NCBI GenBank assembly: GCA_965248925.1
Contig: CBDFLE010000005.1
Span: 864,001 to 928,000 of the forward strand
DNA: 64,000 bases
Direction of reading: 5' to 3'
Source: Candidatus Multivoradales bacterium
Lineage (GTDB): Bacteria > Acidobacteriota > Thermoanaerobaculia > Multivoradales > J023
Part shown: positions 41,477 through 51,962 of the stretch, in pieces
How the letters are laid out: every line of letters begins with the position of its first letter
How positions within the stretch are numbered: the first letter of the stretch is position 1
Made by a program: the position numbers and the translations under genes
Notes under the pieces: generated by a model
What the model was told of the DNA's origin: nothing
Seen by the model: the letters and a program-made list of their open reading frames with translations, nothing else
Database searches by the model: none

Positions 41477-42272
41477 CCCGAATTCCCCTCTTGCCTCGCG
41501 TTAGCTCCTCCAGCTCTCGCCGCGCCAACTCATCCAAAGCCGGGCTGTGGTAGAGACCGCGGTACCTGGCCCAGCCCATCCGACCCAGATCGCCGAGCAT
41601 CTGCAACGAGTCCACCACCAAGCGCACCGATGAAGTCTCGTTGGCCCGCAGGCGAACCGGAATGCGCTTGATGTCGAGATGGTGAATCAGCGCCATGTAG
41701 ACCAACTCGACATCAAAAGCGAAGCGCTCCACCCGACCGCGGCGGAACAGCTCCTCGGCGATATCGGCGCGAAACGCCTTCAAACCGCATTGGGTGTCGA
41801 AGAATCCACCGGTCACTACGCGGCCGACTAAGGAGGAAAATACCCGCGAAGCCAGCCGCCGCCGCCAACCAAGATCCTCGGCGTAGCGCGATCCTGGCAA
41901 GGTACGGTCGCCGATCACCATGTGAAATCCCCTTTGCAGAATCAGCTCCGCCGCCAGCAACAGAGGTTCTACCCCGTAGGGTAGATCGGCATCGGTGAAC
42001 AGCCGCACCCGTCCGCGAGCGGCCAGCATGCCAGTTCGCACCGCCGCCCCCTTGCCGGCATTGTCCGGCAAAGCGAGCAGGCGCACTTGCACCCCGTCGC
42101 ACCACGGTCCGTTCACCAGGTCACCGCCGCCATCGTCGACCACGAGAACTTCGAAACTCTCTCCACGAGCGCTCAACACCTCCTGTAAGTGAGCTGCGGA
42201 AGCCATCGCCAGGACACCGGTGCGGTAGCACGGTAAGATGATCGACAGCTGAGGTGAAGGAGAGGATTTCAT
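41469..42272 (-). CDS. GT2, dolichyl/polyprenol-phosphate glycosyltransferase-like
   Basis: VVDDG, GKGAAVRTG, FTDADL, DTQCGLKAF, FAFDVE. Confidence 0.9.
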   Translation of the reverse strand: MKSSPSPQLSIILPCYRTGVLAMASAAHLQEVLSARGESFEVLVVDDGGGDLVNGPWCDGVQVRLLALPDNAGKGAAVRTGMLAARGRVRLFTDADLPYGVEPLLLAAELILQRGFHMVIGDRTLPGSRYAEDLGWRRRLASRVFSSLVGRVVTGGFFDTQCGLKAFRADIAEELFRRGRVERFAFDVELVYMALIHHLDIKRIPVRLRANETSSVRLVVDSLQMLGDLGRMGWARYRGLYHSPALDELARRELEELTRGKRGIRGE

Positions 42273-42283
42273 CGCTCAGCAAC

Positions 42284-45049
42284 CTAGTCCAGATAGCCCA
42301 AGGCCTGCAACCTAGCCCGCAACTCGGGATCGACCGTCGACGGCTCCGGCCCTGGATCGTTGACTTCCCCCCGCCAGCTGAGTTCGATACCGTGTTCCGG
42401 CGCCGCTTCCTCGGCTGCCAGGGTTCGCACCTGCCGCCCCTCGATGGCTAAACGCAAGGGCCGGCTGGCAAGCTCTGCCGGCGAGGTCTCGATAGCAAAA
42501 TGGCCGCGGCGTTGCCCCTCGATCTTCAAGGACCCTCGCATGACGATCGGCTCGACCGCCCGCGGCAGCCACAGAGTTAGCCGCTCGCCGGATTCGAGGG
42601 TGAAGCGCAGTCGACCGTCTCGCCACCTGACACTGTCGCTCAGGGAAGTGGTTTTGACCGCCATCAAGCTCACCGCCCGGCTGTTCAAGACCCCACTCAA
42701 GAGGCCAGGCCCAGCGTTTCGCAGCTCGACGGCCAAACCGCGGTAGCTCGACTCCAACAACCCGGTGACTTCCTCTCGCAGAGCGGCCAAACCGGCCTCG
42801 GTAGGCGCCAGGTTGTTGAGTTCGGAAGCATCGCCAGCCAGACGGTAGACCTCCTCGCGGCGGCTCGACTCGGGCCATGGGGAATCGCCGAAAATGTACT
42901 TGAAGCGCCCGCCGTCACGCACTGCCAAACCTAGATTATTAAGTCCGTTGTAGCTGATCGCTCGCCGCGGGTGCCGTTGCCCGGCAGGATCACCCATCAG
43001 CAACGGCACCAGGGAGCGCCCGTCCGCCGGTGGCAATTCGAGACCGGCCAGCTCGATCAGAGTCGGCGCCAGATCGATCTGCCGTACCTGCCGCTCGACC
43101 CGAGCCGACCCCCGTTCGAGATTCGGCGTGGCAATGACCAGCGGCACCATGAGGTTGTCATCATAGAGATTGCCGTGGCCGGCGGAACTGTGCTCACCCA
43201 AGGCTTCGCCATGATCAGAAGTCAGCACCACCACCGTCGACTCGCTCAGACCGAGCTGGTCGAGGCGTTCGAGCAGCCGGCCGATGGCAGCGTCGGTGTA
43301 GGCCAAGCCACTATCATAGAAGGTCTGCACCAAATCGCTGTCCGCAGCGAAGTTCAGCGGCCTCTCCTTGCTGTCGAGGCGATGCACGAACTGGCGCCGA
43401 GCCATCCACCCGTCATCGGCCCGTTCGGGCAGCGGCTCGGGAACAACTTCCACCTTCTCCATCCCTTCAGGACCACCGAACTGCCTGAAGTAGGGTTGCC
43501 GTGCGCGATAGGGGTCGTGGACTTCGTAAGTGTGGAAAAAGAGCAAGAACGGCCGCCGCTCAGCCAGCCGCGGCAGCCATTCGAGAGCTTCTTCCAGACT
43601 GCTGGTTAGCCGGTTCTCTGGCTTCGCGGTGCCAAATGCATAGCGATATCTGTCAAAGCCCTGGGCAAAGCCAAAACGCGGATGCAGAAAACCACCGCCG
43701 GTGATCGCCACCGTGGCATAGCCGGCGTCGCGCAGAGTTTCGGCCAACAACCGCAGACTGAGCGGCGCGCTACGTTTGTGATTAACCCCATGGTTGAGTG
43801 GGTTCAACCCGGAAAGCATCGAAATGTGCGCCGGCAGCGTCCACGGTGCCGCCGCCACTACTTGCTCAAAGGTCACCCCCCGGCGCCGCGCCCAGCGGTC
43901 GATATTCGGCGTCGTCTGCCGCGGGTAGCCGTAGAGGGAGAGATGGTCCGCGCGCAGGGTGTCGATCGAGATCAGCACCACGTTAGGAGGCACCGTGCGC
44001 TCCGTTCCTCTAGCGTTCTTGATCCGTTGGCCAGGGCGGCTCGCGGTGTAGATCTCGGGATGGCCCCAAGCTGGCAATCCGTGCCGGGGATCCACCGGTT
44101 GGGTGGGCGAGGCAACAAAAAGCAGCTCGATCTGGCGCCCCTCCCAGGCCGCCAGATCGACCTCATGATCCTGCCACTTCCCTTTCTGCGCCGGACCCAC
44201 ACGACCTTCGAAGAGCACCGTTTCCTGGCCTTCGAAAGAGGCCGAAACGGTGTAGATCACTCGTTGCAACCAGCTGGTCGGCGCCGAAAAAGCAAAACGC
44301 AACTTGGCACCAGCAGCCACCGTCAGAGAATGGCGCAGAGGAATGTCCGGCACCACCAACCAGGCGTTGCGCAGCTCCCCCACTCGATTGACCTTGCGCG
44401 GTCGGGAGATCAGCTCGGCCAAGCCCTCGCCGGCCAGCTGATAGCGCCAAGCGACCAACTGCCGCAAGCGAGTCTGCTGTCCTGGCATGGCGGTCTGTTC
44501 GATTGCCAGCTGGCGAATCCTGCCGCGCCAGGCGACGTCTTGAGCCAGGTCGAAATAGAACACCCGGCGACCGGTTTCGCCCACCCCTTCGCGGGCGCGC
44601 AGCGAAATGCTGCGCCTACTATCCAACTCCTGCCCCGGCCCGGCCCATAACAGCCGCACCCGGCTCGACCGAAGACCGCTGAGGCCAATCTCCAGCCGGT
44701 CCACCTCGGCGGCATCGAAATCGACTTGCCGCACCAGCCGGGCTTGCTCAGTGGAGTGCGATATGGAGACCATCGCCCCAAAACGAAACTGCCAACCCGG
44801 CTCGAGCCCCTCGATCTGCCAATCTTCGAGTTCCTGCGAACTCGCGAAGCTCCAGCGGAAGGCCTCTATTGGCAGCGAAAAATCCGCCAGGTCAAGAACC
44901 TCCTGGGGATCTTCGGGGATCAAGCGTTCGAGATGCCTCGCGGGGACCTCGCCCGGCCCACCACAAGCAGCAGCCAGACCGCCGACGATCAGGACAGCCG
45001 CCAGCACTCCCTGCGAGCCGGCTGCAACTTGGCGAGAACTCCAGCTCAC
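42284..45049 (-). CDS. Sulfatase-like lipoprotein (alkaline phosphatase superfamily) with N-terminal beta domains
   Basis: Lipobox AAAC; PNVVLISIDTLRADHL, WTLPAH, HTYEVHDPY, TSDHGE, C-terminal LQALGYLD. Confidence 0.88.
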   Translation of the reverse strand: MSWSSRQVAAGSQGVLAAVLIVGGLAAACGGPGEVPARHLERLIPEDPQEVLDLADFSLPIEAFRWSFASSQELEDWQIEGLEPGWQFRFGAMVSISHSTEQARLVRQVDFDAAEVDRLEIGLSGLRSSRVRLLWAGPGQELDSRRSISLRAREGVGETGRRVFYFDLAQDVAWRGRIRQLAIEQTAMPGQQTRLRQLVAWRYQLAGEGLAELISRPRKVNRVGELRNAWLVVPDIPLRHSLTVAAGAKLRFAFSAPTSWLQRVIYTVSASFEGQETVLFEGRVGPAQKGKWQDHEVDLAAWEGRQIELLFVASPTQPVDPRHGLPAWGHPEIYTASRPGQRIKNARGTERTVPPNVVLISIDTLRADHLSLYGYPRQTTPNIDRWARRRGVTFEQVVAAAPWTLPAHISMLSGLNPLNHGVNHKRSAPLSLRLLAETLRDAGYATVAITGGGFLHPRFGFAQGFDRYRYAFGTAKPENRLTSSLEEALEWLPRLAERRPFLLFFHTYEVHDPYRARQPYFRQFGGPEGMEKVEVVPEPLPERADDGWMARRQFVHRLDSKERPLNFAADSDLVQTFYDSGLAYTDAAIGRLLERLDQLGLSESTVVVLTSDHGEALGEHSSAGHGNLYDDNLMVPLVIATPNLERGSARVERQVRQIDLAPTLIELAGLELPPADGRSLVPLLMGDPAGQRHPRRAISYNGLNNLGLAVRDGGRFKYIFGDSPWPESSRREEVYRLAGDASELNNLAPTEAGLAALREEVTGLLESSYRGLAVELRNAGPGLLSGVLNSRAVSLMAVKTTSLSDSVRWRDGRLRFTLESGERLTLWLPRAVEPIVMRGSLKIEGQRRGHFAIETSPAELASRPLRLAIEGRQVRTLAAEEAAPEHGIELSWRGEVNDPGPEPSTVDPELRARLQALGYLD

Positions 45050-46509
45050 AAGTAACCCAAAGCGCGAATGGCCGCTTCTTGCTCGGCGCTGAGGTCCTGC
45101 GGCTCGGGCTGCGGGAATTGCTGCGACAGCCGGTTGCCGCGCCGCAAGCGCTGTTCAATCAAGGCGGTCAGGCGGGCGACATCGGCGGGCCGCTCGGCCG
45201 CCAAGTCATGGCTTTCTGTCGGATCGCTGCGCAGGTCATAGAGTTCCGCCCGGTCGACACGCAAGATCAACTTCAAGCCGTCGGTATCGATCATCGTCCG
45301 ATCACGACCATACTCACAGTAGACTGGCCGCAAATTGGCGCTACCGCCACGGACCGCCGCCGCCAGGCTAGAACCTGTCCACTGCTCCGCCGCTTCGATT
45401 CCAGCCAACTCGGCCAAGGTTGGCGGCAAATCGGTGAGTTCCAGCCAACCAGCTACTCGGCGCGGGGTAGCGGTTGGCGCCTTGATCACCAGCGGCACAT
45501 GGATATTTTCCTGGTAGAGATCGTGGTGAAAGAAGCCGCCATGCTCGAAAAAAGCCTCGCCATGGTCGGCCACCACGGCAATCACCGTATCGCCCCCGAG
45601 ACCATCCAGAGCGGCGAGCAAGCGACCCAACTGAGCGTCCCAATAGGTGATCTCTGCATCGTAAAGCGCCAACAAGCGTCGCAAGTCGCCGGCACCGAGC
45701 GCTTTCTCACCTTTGTCGAAGGGCACGATCTGGCCATGATTGCCGTTCAATTGACTACTGCTCTCGGGATCCAGCCAGCGCTCGAAATAGGGCGTGGGAG
45801 CGCGGTAGGAAGCGTGTACATCCATGTAGTGCAGATAGAGGAAAAACGGCCGCTCGGGGTCGCGCTCAGCACTGAGCCAAGCGAGAATCCGATCGGTCAA
45901 CTGCTGGCCGCTGTCACCATGCTCCTTGGGCTTTTGACCGATGAAATGAAAAGCATCGAAACCCTGATCGAAGCCCCGACCGGCATTGATCACGTCGGAC
46001 TTGACCACCGCCACTGTTTGATAGCCCGCCGCCTGGAACCGTTCGGCCAATGTATCGTGCGCCAAGGACATGGCGTCGAGCTGCACCGCCGCCACATCGC
46101 CGTCGCCGAAGCCGGCGTGCTTCTTCGGGTCAATGAAGCGTCGCACCCGGTGGGCCTGCGGATCGACACCGGTGAACAACGAAGCCACCGACGGCACCGT
46201 CCAGGCAGTCTGGCTGATCACTTGCTCGAACACCGTGCCGCTGGCCGCCAGCCGATCCAGATGCGGCGTGGTGGAACGCTGATCGAAACCATACGGCCCT
46301 AGCCGGTCGGCGCGCATGGCATCGGAAAGAATCACCACCACGTTGGCCGCAGCCACCGTACCGCCAGATGGCTGCGGCCCGCTGGGCGCACAGCCACCGC
46401 CGATCAGCAAGACCAGCAGAGTCGCGAGGAGTCCGCATACTGACAGTCGAGAGTTGCGCGCACGAGCCTCGAGCCGTCGCGAGTTTGCGTTCTTGCCGCT
46501 CTTTAACAT
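45046..46509 (-). CDS. Sulfatase-like lipoprotein
   Basis: NVVVILSDAMRADRL, WTVPSV, HYMDVH, ADHGE, IRALGYL; start moved to ATG 46509. Confidence 0.88.
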   Translation of the reverse strand: MLKSGKNANSRRLEARARNSRLSVCGLLATLLVLLIGGGCAPSGPQPSGGTVAAANVVVILSDAMRADRLGPYGFDQRSTTPHLDRLAASGTVFEQVISQTAWTVPSVASLFTGVDPQAHRVRRFIDPKKHAGFGDGDVAAVQLDAMSLAHDTLAERFQAAGYQTVAVVKSDVINAGRGFDQGFDAFHFIGQKPKEHGDSGQQLTDRILAWLSAERDPERPFFLYLHYMDVHASYRAPTPYFERWLDPESSSQLNGNHGQIVPFDKGEKALGAGDLRRLLALYDAEITYWDAQLGRLLAALDGLGGDTVIAVVADHGEAFFEHGGFFHHDLYQENIHVPLVIKAPTATPRRVAGWLELTDLPPTLAELAGIEAAEQWTGSSLAAAVRGGSANLRPVYCEYGRDRTMIDTDGLKLILRVDRAELYDLRSDPTESHDLAAERPADVARLTALIEQRLRRGNRLSQQFPQPEPQDLSAEQEAAIRALGYL

Positions 46510-46534
46510 CGTTATTCTGCCCTCCCCCCACCGC

Positions 46535-48487
46535 CTAACGGGGCCCCTCCTTCGAGGTAAGCTGGCGCAGCTCTTCTTCGGTCGCGGCGAGCTTGGCGTT
46601 GACTGCCGCCAGAGTGTCGACCAGTTGCAGATTCTGATCGCCCAAACCTTGCAAACGGGCATAAGTCTGGGCCAGTTCCTCATCACGTTGGTGCAGGCGG
46701 GAGACTTCACCTTCGATGCGCTGCTCGGCCTCTTGCTTGAACCCGCGCAGTCGCTCTTCAGCCTGCTGCAGTTCGCTTTCCGCCGCGGCCTCGAACCCTG
46801 GCTGGCGCGGCCACGGCCGACGCTCGCTGAAAGGCTCCAGCAGCAGCTTTTCGAAGCGAGCCGTGGCCTGTTCCTCGGAGTCAGTGCCCACTAGCCGCTG
46901 AAAGCTGACCTCTAGCTTGAGATCCGCTGCCAGATCCGCGGTCAAGCCAAGTCGGCCGCACAGCAGATCATAAAGCTCGCCCAAGCAGCGCATTTCGAGT
47001 CGGCGATGAAAGTAGTGCCAACAGCCCCCTAGCACCACCACGTTGCGCAGCACATGCCAGGAGCGGCGCATGTCGATGTCTTCGAGTTGCCATTCCAAGT
47101 CAAAGAGTTCATAAGTCGAGGGCCCTCGTTCGACCACCACCGCATTGGTTAAGACGGCGTCTAGGGCCCGGCCATCGAGCCCCGCGGAGGTTCCTGGCAG
47201 GTGGTCAGCTACCCAATTACAGAAACCGGTCAGACGGTCGACGAAAGCCTGCCAACGATCGAAGTAGAGCTCGCGCAGGAGTTCCAGGCGCAGACGCTTG
47301 CCGCGAGCTACCAAGACCAGACCTGGGGAACGCCAGCGAATGCGCGAGCCATCTGCCAACCGCCGTAGATCTGGGGGGGGTGGCGCAGCGGCCTGCTTGT
47401 CGGCCAGCAGCTTTCCCCGCGGATCGAGCAGCAATCGCGACACGGTTGGCCAGCGCCGGTCGCGGGAGTAGTGCCAGGCCAGAGTTTGGCAGCCCGCCTT
47501 CGCTAGATCCTCGGGCTCGGCGGTCAAGTGGCGCAGAATGTCGGAGTCTTCCAGACCACAGGCGGCGATCAAAAAGGAGTTGGCGTGCTCGACCAACAAG
47601 CCGTCACGAGCCAGCCCTTCGAGCACCAATTCGTCGGGCAGCAACTGACTACGCGCCTGGCCACCGGTCTCGGAGGTCTCGTAGCAAGCCAGGTCGGCGG
47701 CCAATCGCGGCGCTCGGCGAGCCAAGTCCGGCCGCAAGATCGATCGAGTCAACTTGTAGTCGGGGAAGGGCAAATACTCCTGCCGATGGCCGAGTCCAGC
47801 CCGCGTCAGACGCGCCGCTAGCTCGTGACGGCCGAAAGTTCGCGTCACCGGCGCGGCGGGATAGCCCGCCAAGCCATCGAACAGACAACCGCTGTGATCT
47901 TCCGCCGCACCGCACCAATACTTGACCCCTAGCCGATTCTCGATCGCTAGAAGCAACACCCCACCCGGTCGCAAATAGCCCCTTGCCCGCCGCAAGATGA
48001 AATCGAAGGCGTCGCCAGCCGGGTCGTCCACAGCCGCCTCGGCGGGCATCTCGACGTAGAGTTCGGCATACTCCAAGACACCGATCATCAGCACAACATC
48101 GAAATGTCGATCGCTGGCGAAATGCTCCATGCGAACGACTTCGCCACTCCAATTGTCCAAATCCCGCAGCCGGGCCGACAAGCCGGCAAAGCGTTCAGCG
48201 CTGGCTTCGACTACGGTCAACGAAGCGGCGCGCTCGGCTAACAAACGCGACACCGCTCCCATGCCGGCGCCCAATTCCAAAACGTCAAGACCGGAAAAAT
48301 CGAAATGCCGCAATAGCTGGCTGCGTTCAGCCGCTAGGTGGTAGCGCAGAGGCCAGCTGCGGCCCTGTTCCTCGGCGGCGATCTGCACCTCCGAACCTAG
48401 TTGGTCGGCAGCTTGGATCAGCTCCACCACGCGGCGCTCGACCGCGGCACCGTCGGAGTAGTCGAATGACTTCGGCATAGGGCGCAT
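46535..48487 (-). CDS. Class I SAM methyltransferase with kinase-like segment and C-terminal coiled coil (WbdD-like)
   Basis: VLELGAGMG, IGVLEY, AIENRLG; DAVLTN...FDLEW; heptad-rich C-terminus. Confidence 0.8.
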   Translation of the reverse strand: MRPMPKSFDYSDGAAVERRVVELIQAADQLGSEVQIAAEEQGRSWPLRYHLAAERSQLLRHFDFSGLDVLELGAGMGAVSRLLAERAASLTVVEASAERFAGLSARLRDLDNWSGEVVRMEHFASDRHFDVVLMIGVLEYAELYVEMPAEAAVDDPAGDAFDFILRRARGYLRPGGVLLLAIENRLGVKYWCGAAEDHSGCLFDGLAGYPAAPVTRTFGRHELAARLTRAGLGHRQEYLPFPDYKLTRSILRPDLARRAPRLAADLACYETSETGGQARSQLLPDELVLEGLARDGLLVEHANSFLIAACGLEDSDILRHLTAEPEDLAKAGCQTLAWHYSRDRRWPTVSRLLLDPRGKLLADKQAAAPPPPDLRRLADGSRIRWRSPGLVLVARGKRLRLELLRELYFDRWQAFVDRLTGFCNWVADHLPGTSAGLDGRALDAVLTNAVVVERGPSTYELFDLEWQLEDIDMRRSWHVLRNVVVLGGCWHYFHRRLEMRCLGELYDLLCGRLGLTADLAADLKLEVSFQRLVGTDSEEQATARFEKLLLEPFSERRPWPRQPGFEAAAESELQQAEERLRGFKQEAEQRIEGEVSRLHQRDEELAQTYARLQGLGDQNLQLVDTLAAVNAKLAATEEELRQLTSKEGPR

Positions 48488-48561
48488 CTTAGCCGCTGCA
48501 GAGGGTGAGGGGCGAGTCGGTATCGCATGCTAAGCTGCCCGCCGCTCGTACCCGTAAACCG

Positions 48562-50022
48562 ATGAAAACAGCCGCTAGCAACAGACCCGCCAACGCCCCG
48601 CACGCCGCGTCTGCTCAACCTTTGGTCCTTGGCACCGCCAGGTACCGCGGTGGCTGGCTCGCTACCACGGGGCTGGCCTATTCCTTCGCCCTGGCCCTCA
48701 GTCTAGGCTGTGGCGACACCCAGACCACGGCCCCCGAGGTCGCGCTGCCCGCCGCTCCGCACCCGATTATCGTCCTCGACATCGACACCCTGCGCGCCGA
48801 TCGGCTCGGCACCTACGGCTACGACGGCTATACCAGCCCGACCATCGATCAGTTGGCCGCGCAGGGTGTGGTCTTCGAATGGACCTTCAGCCAAGCCCCC
48901 AACACCGGCCCTTCGCAGGCCTCGATCCTCACCGGCCTCTACCCCTCGACCCACGGCAAGATCGCCGACGAGGACCAGATACCGCAGTCGGTGGAGACTC
49001 TGGCCGAAGCCCTGCGGCGGCACGGTTACAGCGCCGCGGCCTTCGTCGATGGTGGTTTCATGAGCGCTGAGTTCGGGGGCGATCAGGGCTTTGAGCCCTA
49101 CAACGACAGCCGCGGCGGCGGGCTGAAGAAGATCGGCCCCAAAGTCGACCGCTGGCTCGCCGAGCACGCCGAGGAAGACTTCTTCCTGCTGATCCACACC
49201 TACGACGTCCACACACCTTACGCTCCGCCGCAGGATTATCAAGATCGCTTCACCGCCGGCCTTGCGGCGCCCACCCCAGGATTCGCACCGAGCCCCAAAG
49301 AGCTGGAAGCGATCCGCCTGTCGCGCTACAGCGGCGAGCCGCGGCAGCTGTCCGCCAATGATCTGGCCTGGGCATCGGCGCTTTACGACGCCGGCATTCG
49401 CTGGGTGGACGACTGGCTAAAAGGATTCCTCGAACGGCTCGAGCGCCTCGGCTTGCTTGATCGCGCCACCCTGGTGGTGATCTCGGACCATGGCGAGGAA
49501 TTCCAAGAACACGGCTCAGTGCTACACGAAAAGCTCTACTCGACGGTCACCCGCGTACCCTTGATCTTGCGCCCACCTGGCGGCATCGCCGGACGGCGAA
49601 TTAGCGCCGTGGTCCAGACAATCGATCTGATGCCGACCCTGCTGGAGCTAGCAGGTGCGGCGCCAGTGGCGGGAGTACAAGGCAGCAGCCTGCTGCCGTT
49701 GATTCGCGGCGAGCAGACGGCAGGTGCCCGGCTGGCGGTCAGCGAGTCGCCCTTCTTTGGCCAGCGCCGGGCGATCACGGTGGGCGACTACCGCTTGCTG
49801 TGGACCCGTTCCAGCGAGCAGATCGAACTCTACCGATTCCGCGACGACCGCGCCGAAGCCACCGACTTAACCCAGGCCGAGCCCGAACAGGCGGCGCGAC
49901 TGCGCCAAGGTCTCGCCGGCTGGCAGCAGATGGTCGACCAAAGCCACATCCACAGCGCCGAGTCCAGCCGGCCCGCGGCCGAGACCCTTGAGCAACTGCG
50001 CGCTCTAGGCTACCTCCAATAG
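48562..50022 (+). CDS. Sulfatase-like lipoprotein
   Basis: LSLGC lipobox-like; IDTLRADRL, NTGPSQ, HTYDVHTPY, SDHGEEF, LRALGYLQ. Confidence 0.88.
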   Translation: MKTAASNRPANAPHAASAQPLVLGTARYRGGWLATTGLAYSFALALSLGCGDTQTTAPEVALPAAPHPIIVLDIDTLRADRLGTYGYDGYTSPTIDQLAAQGVVFEWTFSQAPNTGPSQASILTGLYPSTHGKIADEDQIPQSVETLAEALRRHGYSAAAFVDGGFMSAEFGGDQGFEPYNDSRGGGLKKIGPKVDRWLAEHAEEDFFLLIHTYDVHTPYAPPQDYQDRFTAGLAAPTPGFAPSPKELEAIRLSRYSGEPRQLSANDLAWASALYDAGIRWVDDWLKGFLERLERLGLLDRATLVVISDHGEEFQEHGSVLHEKLYSTVTRVPLILRPPGGIAGRRISAVVQTIDLMPTLLELAGAAPVAGVQGSSLLPLIRGEQTAGARLAVSESPFFGQRRAITVGDYRLLWTRSSEQIELYRFRDDRAEATDLTQAEPEQAARLRQGLAGWQQMVDQSHIHSAESSRPAAETLEQLRALGYLQ

Positions 50023-50058
50023 ACCAATCGGTGGTCCGCGGAGCCGAACCCAAAACAG

Positions 50059-51930
50059 ATGCCGGTCTTACCCCAGTTCTTCCACCGACTCTTAGCGCCT
50101 CCGCTGCGTTCCATCAAGCGGCGCCTCGCCGAACGCAGCTATCACCGGGCCCTACGCCAAGGGCAAGCCGCCGGCGCCTACGTCTATCGCTTCGTCACCA
50201 CCGGGGCGCGGGGCGACGCCGGCATCGAGGTGCGACTGCGAGCCGAGGCCTGTACGCCGACAGCAGCAACCCGTTGGTGTGCCCAGCAGACTCTGGTCGA
50301 ACTCCAGGTAGTGGGTCTCGAGAACAACGGCCAAGTAGCCTGGCGGGTCGACGCCGGCGGCCCGGTGGACGAGCCGGAAGCCCTGCCGGCCAAATGGTTT
50401 CTGGCCCCCGGCGAGCTGCCGGACTTCTATCCCGCACTGCTGGAGTCTGCGTGGCTGGTAGCGGCCGGTGAGGTGCTCGACGCGGTCATCCTGGGAGAAC
50501 GCCTGGAGCTGCCCGAGGCCACCGAGGTCAGCGCAATCAGGATCCCTGAGCTACGCCGAGTGAGCTTGTTACGCGCCGCCGCTTGGTCCTACCAGCCCCA
50601 CTCCGACCAGGTGCAGCCGACGAGGAAACAGCTGTTAGTCAAGCAGATCGGTGCTGCCGGAGTGGCTGCAGAATCCCGCGCAGCCGAGTGCTGGACCACC
50701 ACTCGCCGGGGTCCTTATCTGGGCACCCACAACTTTGGGCCGGTGCTCGAGGTTGGCGTCCGTGACGCCGCCGCGACACCGCGGCGGCAACAATCCTTCT
50801 CCAAGCCCGTGCTGCTAGTGAGCAACTGCTTCCTGGCCCGCGGCGGCGCCGAGCACACCCTCTTCGAAACCCTGAGGGCATTGCAGGAGCGCTTCGAGAT
50901 CGCCATCGTCACCCTGGCCCCGCACCGCCCCGAGTTGGGCGACCGGCGAGAGGATTTCCGCCAGATCACCGAACGCATCTACTGCCTCGGCGATCTGGCC
51001 CACCCGGCGGCGATGTATGGCATGTTGCTATCACTAATCGACTCCCTCGGCGTCGAAGTGCTTTACAACGCCAACGGCACTACTTTGTTTTATCAGTATG
51101 CGCCACGGCTCAAGGCCGACCGTCCCGGTCTGCGCATTCTCGACCACCTGTACGATCACCTGCACGGCTACATCGAACACTACAGCCGGGCTCTGCTCGA
51201 CACGGTAGATGCCTGCGTCGCCGAAAACCGTCGTATCGCCGAGACCCTGGCTGCCGAACACGGTTGGCCGCGGCAGCGGGCGCCGGTGATCTGGCCTTGC
51301 GGCCGCCGCCGCGACGCCTTCCCCAGCACCGATCAGATCGCTGCCGTGCGCCGCCGCATTCGCCAACAGCTGAAAGTAGCCAACGACGACCTGCTGATCC
51401 TCACCGCCGCCCGCATGCACCCACAGAAACGGCCCATCGACCTGGTCCACCTGGCGCGAAGGGTCCGCGATCTGCGGCAGGTGCATTTCTTGGTAGTTGG
51501 CGGTGGCGAGTTGTCGGATCAGGTCGATCAGGAGATCAGCAACGATCCGGGAATCAACCTGCGGCGTCTGCCCTTCCGCAGCGACATCCCTGAGCTGATC
51601 ATCGCCGCCGATGTCGGCTGCCTGGTGTCGGAATACGAAGGTCTACCGGTGTTCATGCTCGAATGCCTGCAAGCCGGCCGGCCATTCCTGGGTACCGACG
51701 TGGGGGAGATGGGCTATGTGCTGCGCACCACTGGCGCCGGCCTAGTGACCGATCAGCCCGGCGACTTGGCGTCGCTGGAAGACCATGTGCGCAACCTGTG
51801 CGACCCGGAGTTGTGGTCTGAGTTGGCGCAGAAGGCGAGGGTGGCCGGGAATCGTTTCGACGTCGAGCACTGTGCCGAGCGCTATGCGGCAGTGTTCCTG
51901 GGTCAGGATCTAGTGCCGGAGGAGATCTGA
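50059..51930 (+). CDS. Glycosyltransferase family 4 with N-terminal extension
   Basis: LARGGAE, ARMHPQKRP, SEYEGLPVFMLECL, TDVG. Confidence 0.9.
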   Translation: MPVLPQFFHRLLAPPLRSIKRRLAERSYHRALRQGQAAGAYVYRFVTTGARGDAGIEVRLRAEACTPTAATRWCAQQTLVELQVVGLENNGQVAWRVDAGGPVDEPEALPAKWFLAPGELPDFYPALLESAWLVAAGEVLDAVILGERLELPEATEVSAIRIPELRRVSLLRAAAWSYQPHSDQVQPTRKQLLVKQIGAAGVAAESRAAECWTTTRRGPYLGTHNFGPVLEVGVRDAAATPRRQQSFSKPVLLVSNCFLARGGAEHTLFETLRALQERFEIAIVTLAPHRPELGDRREDFRQITERIYCLGDLAHPAAMYGMLLSLIDSLGVEVLYNANGTTLFYQYAPRLKADRPGLRILDHLYDHLHGYIEHYSRALLDTVDACVAENRRIAETLAAEHGWPRQRAPVIWPCGRRRDAFPSTDQIAAVRRRIRQQLKVANDDLLILTAARMHPQKRPIDLVHLARRVRDLRQVHFLVVGGGELSDQVDQEISNDPGINLRRLPFRSDIPELIIAADVGCLVSEYEGLPVFMLECLQAGRPFLGTDVGEMGYVLRTTGAGLVTDQPGDLASLEDHVRNLCDPELWSELAQKARVAGNRFDVEHCAERYAAVFLGQDLVPEEI

Positions 51931-51962
51931 GTCAGCCATCCCCACGGCCCCAGGCACAGCCC

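Noticed and set aside
44869-46302. 477-aa plus-strand ORF (and similar long antisense ORFs elsewhere)
   Set aside because: Shadow frames opposite well-supported genes, expected at high GC
46510-46710. N-terminal extension of the second sulfatase-like ORF
   Set aside because: Overlaps the methyltransferase 3' end; ATG 46509 is more plausible
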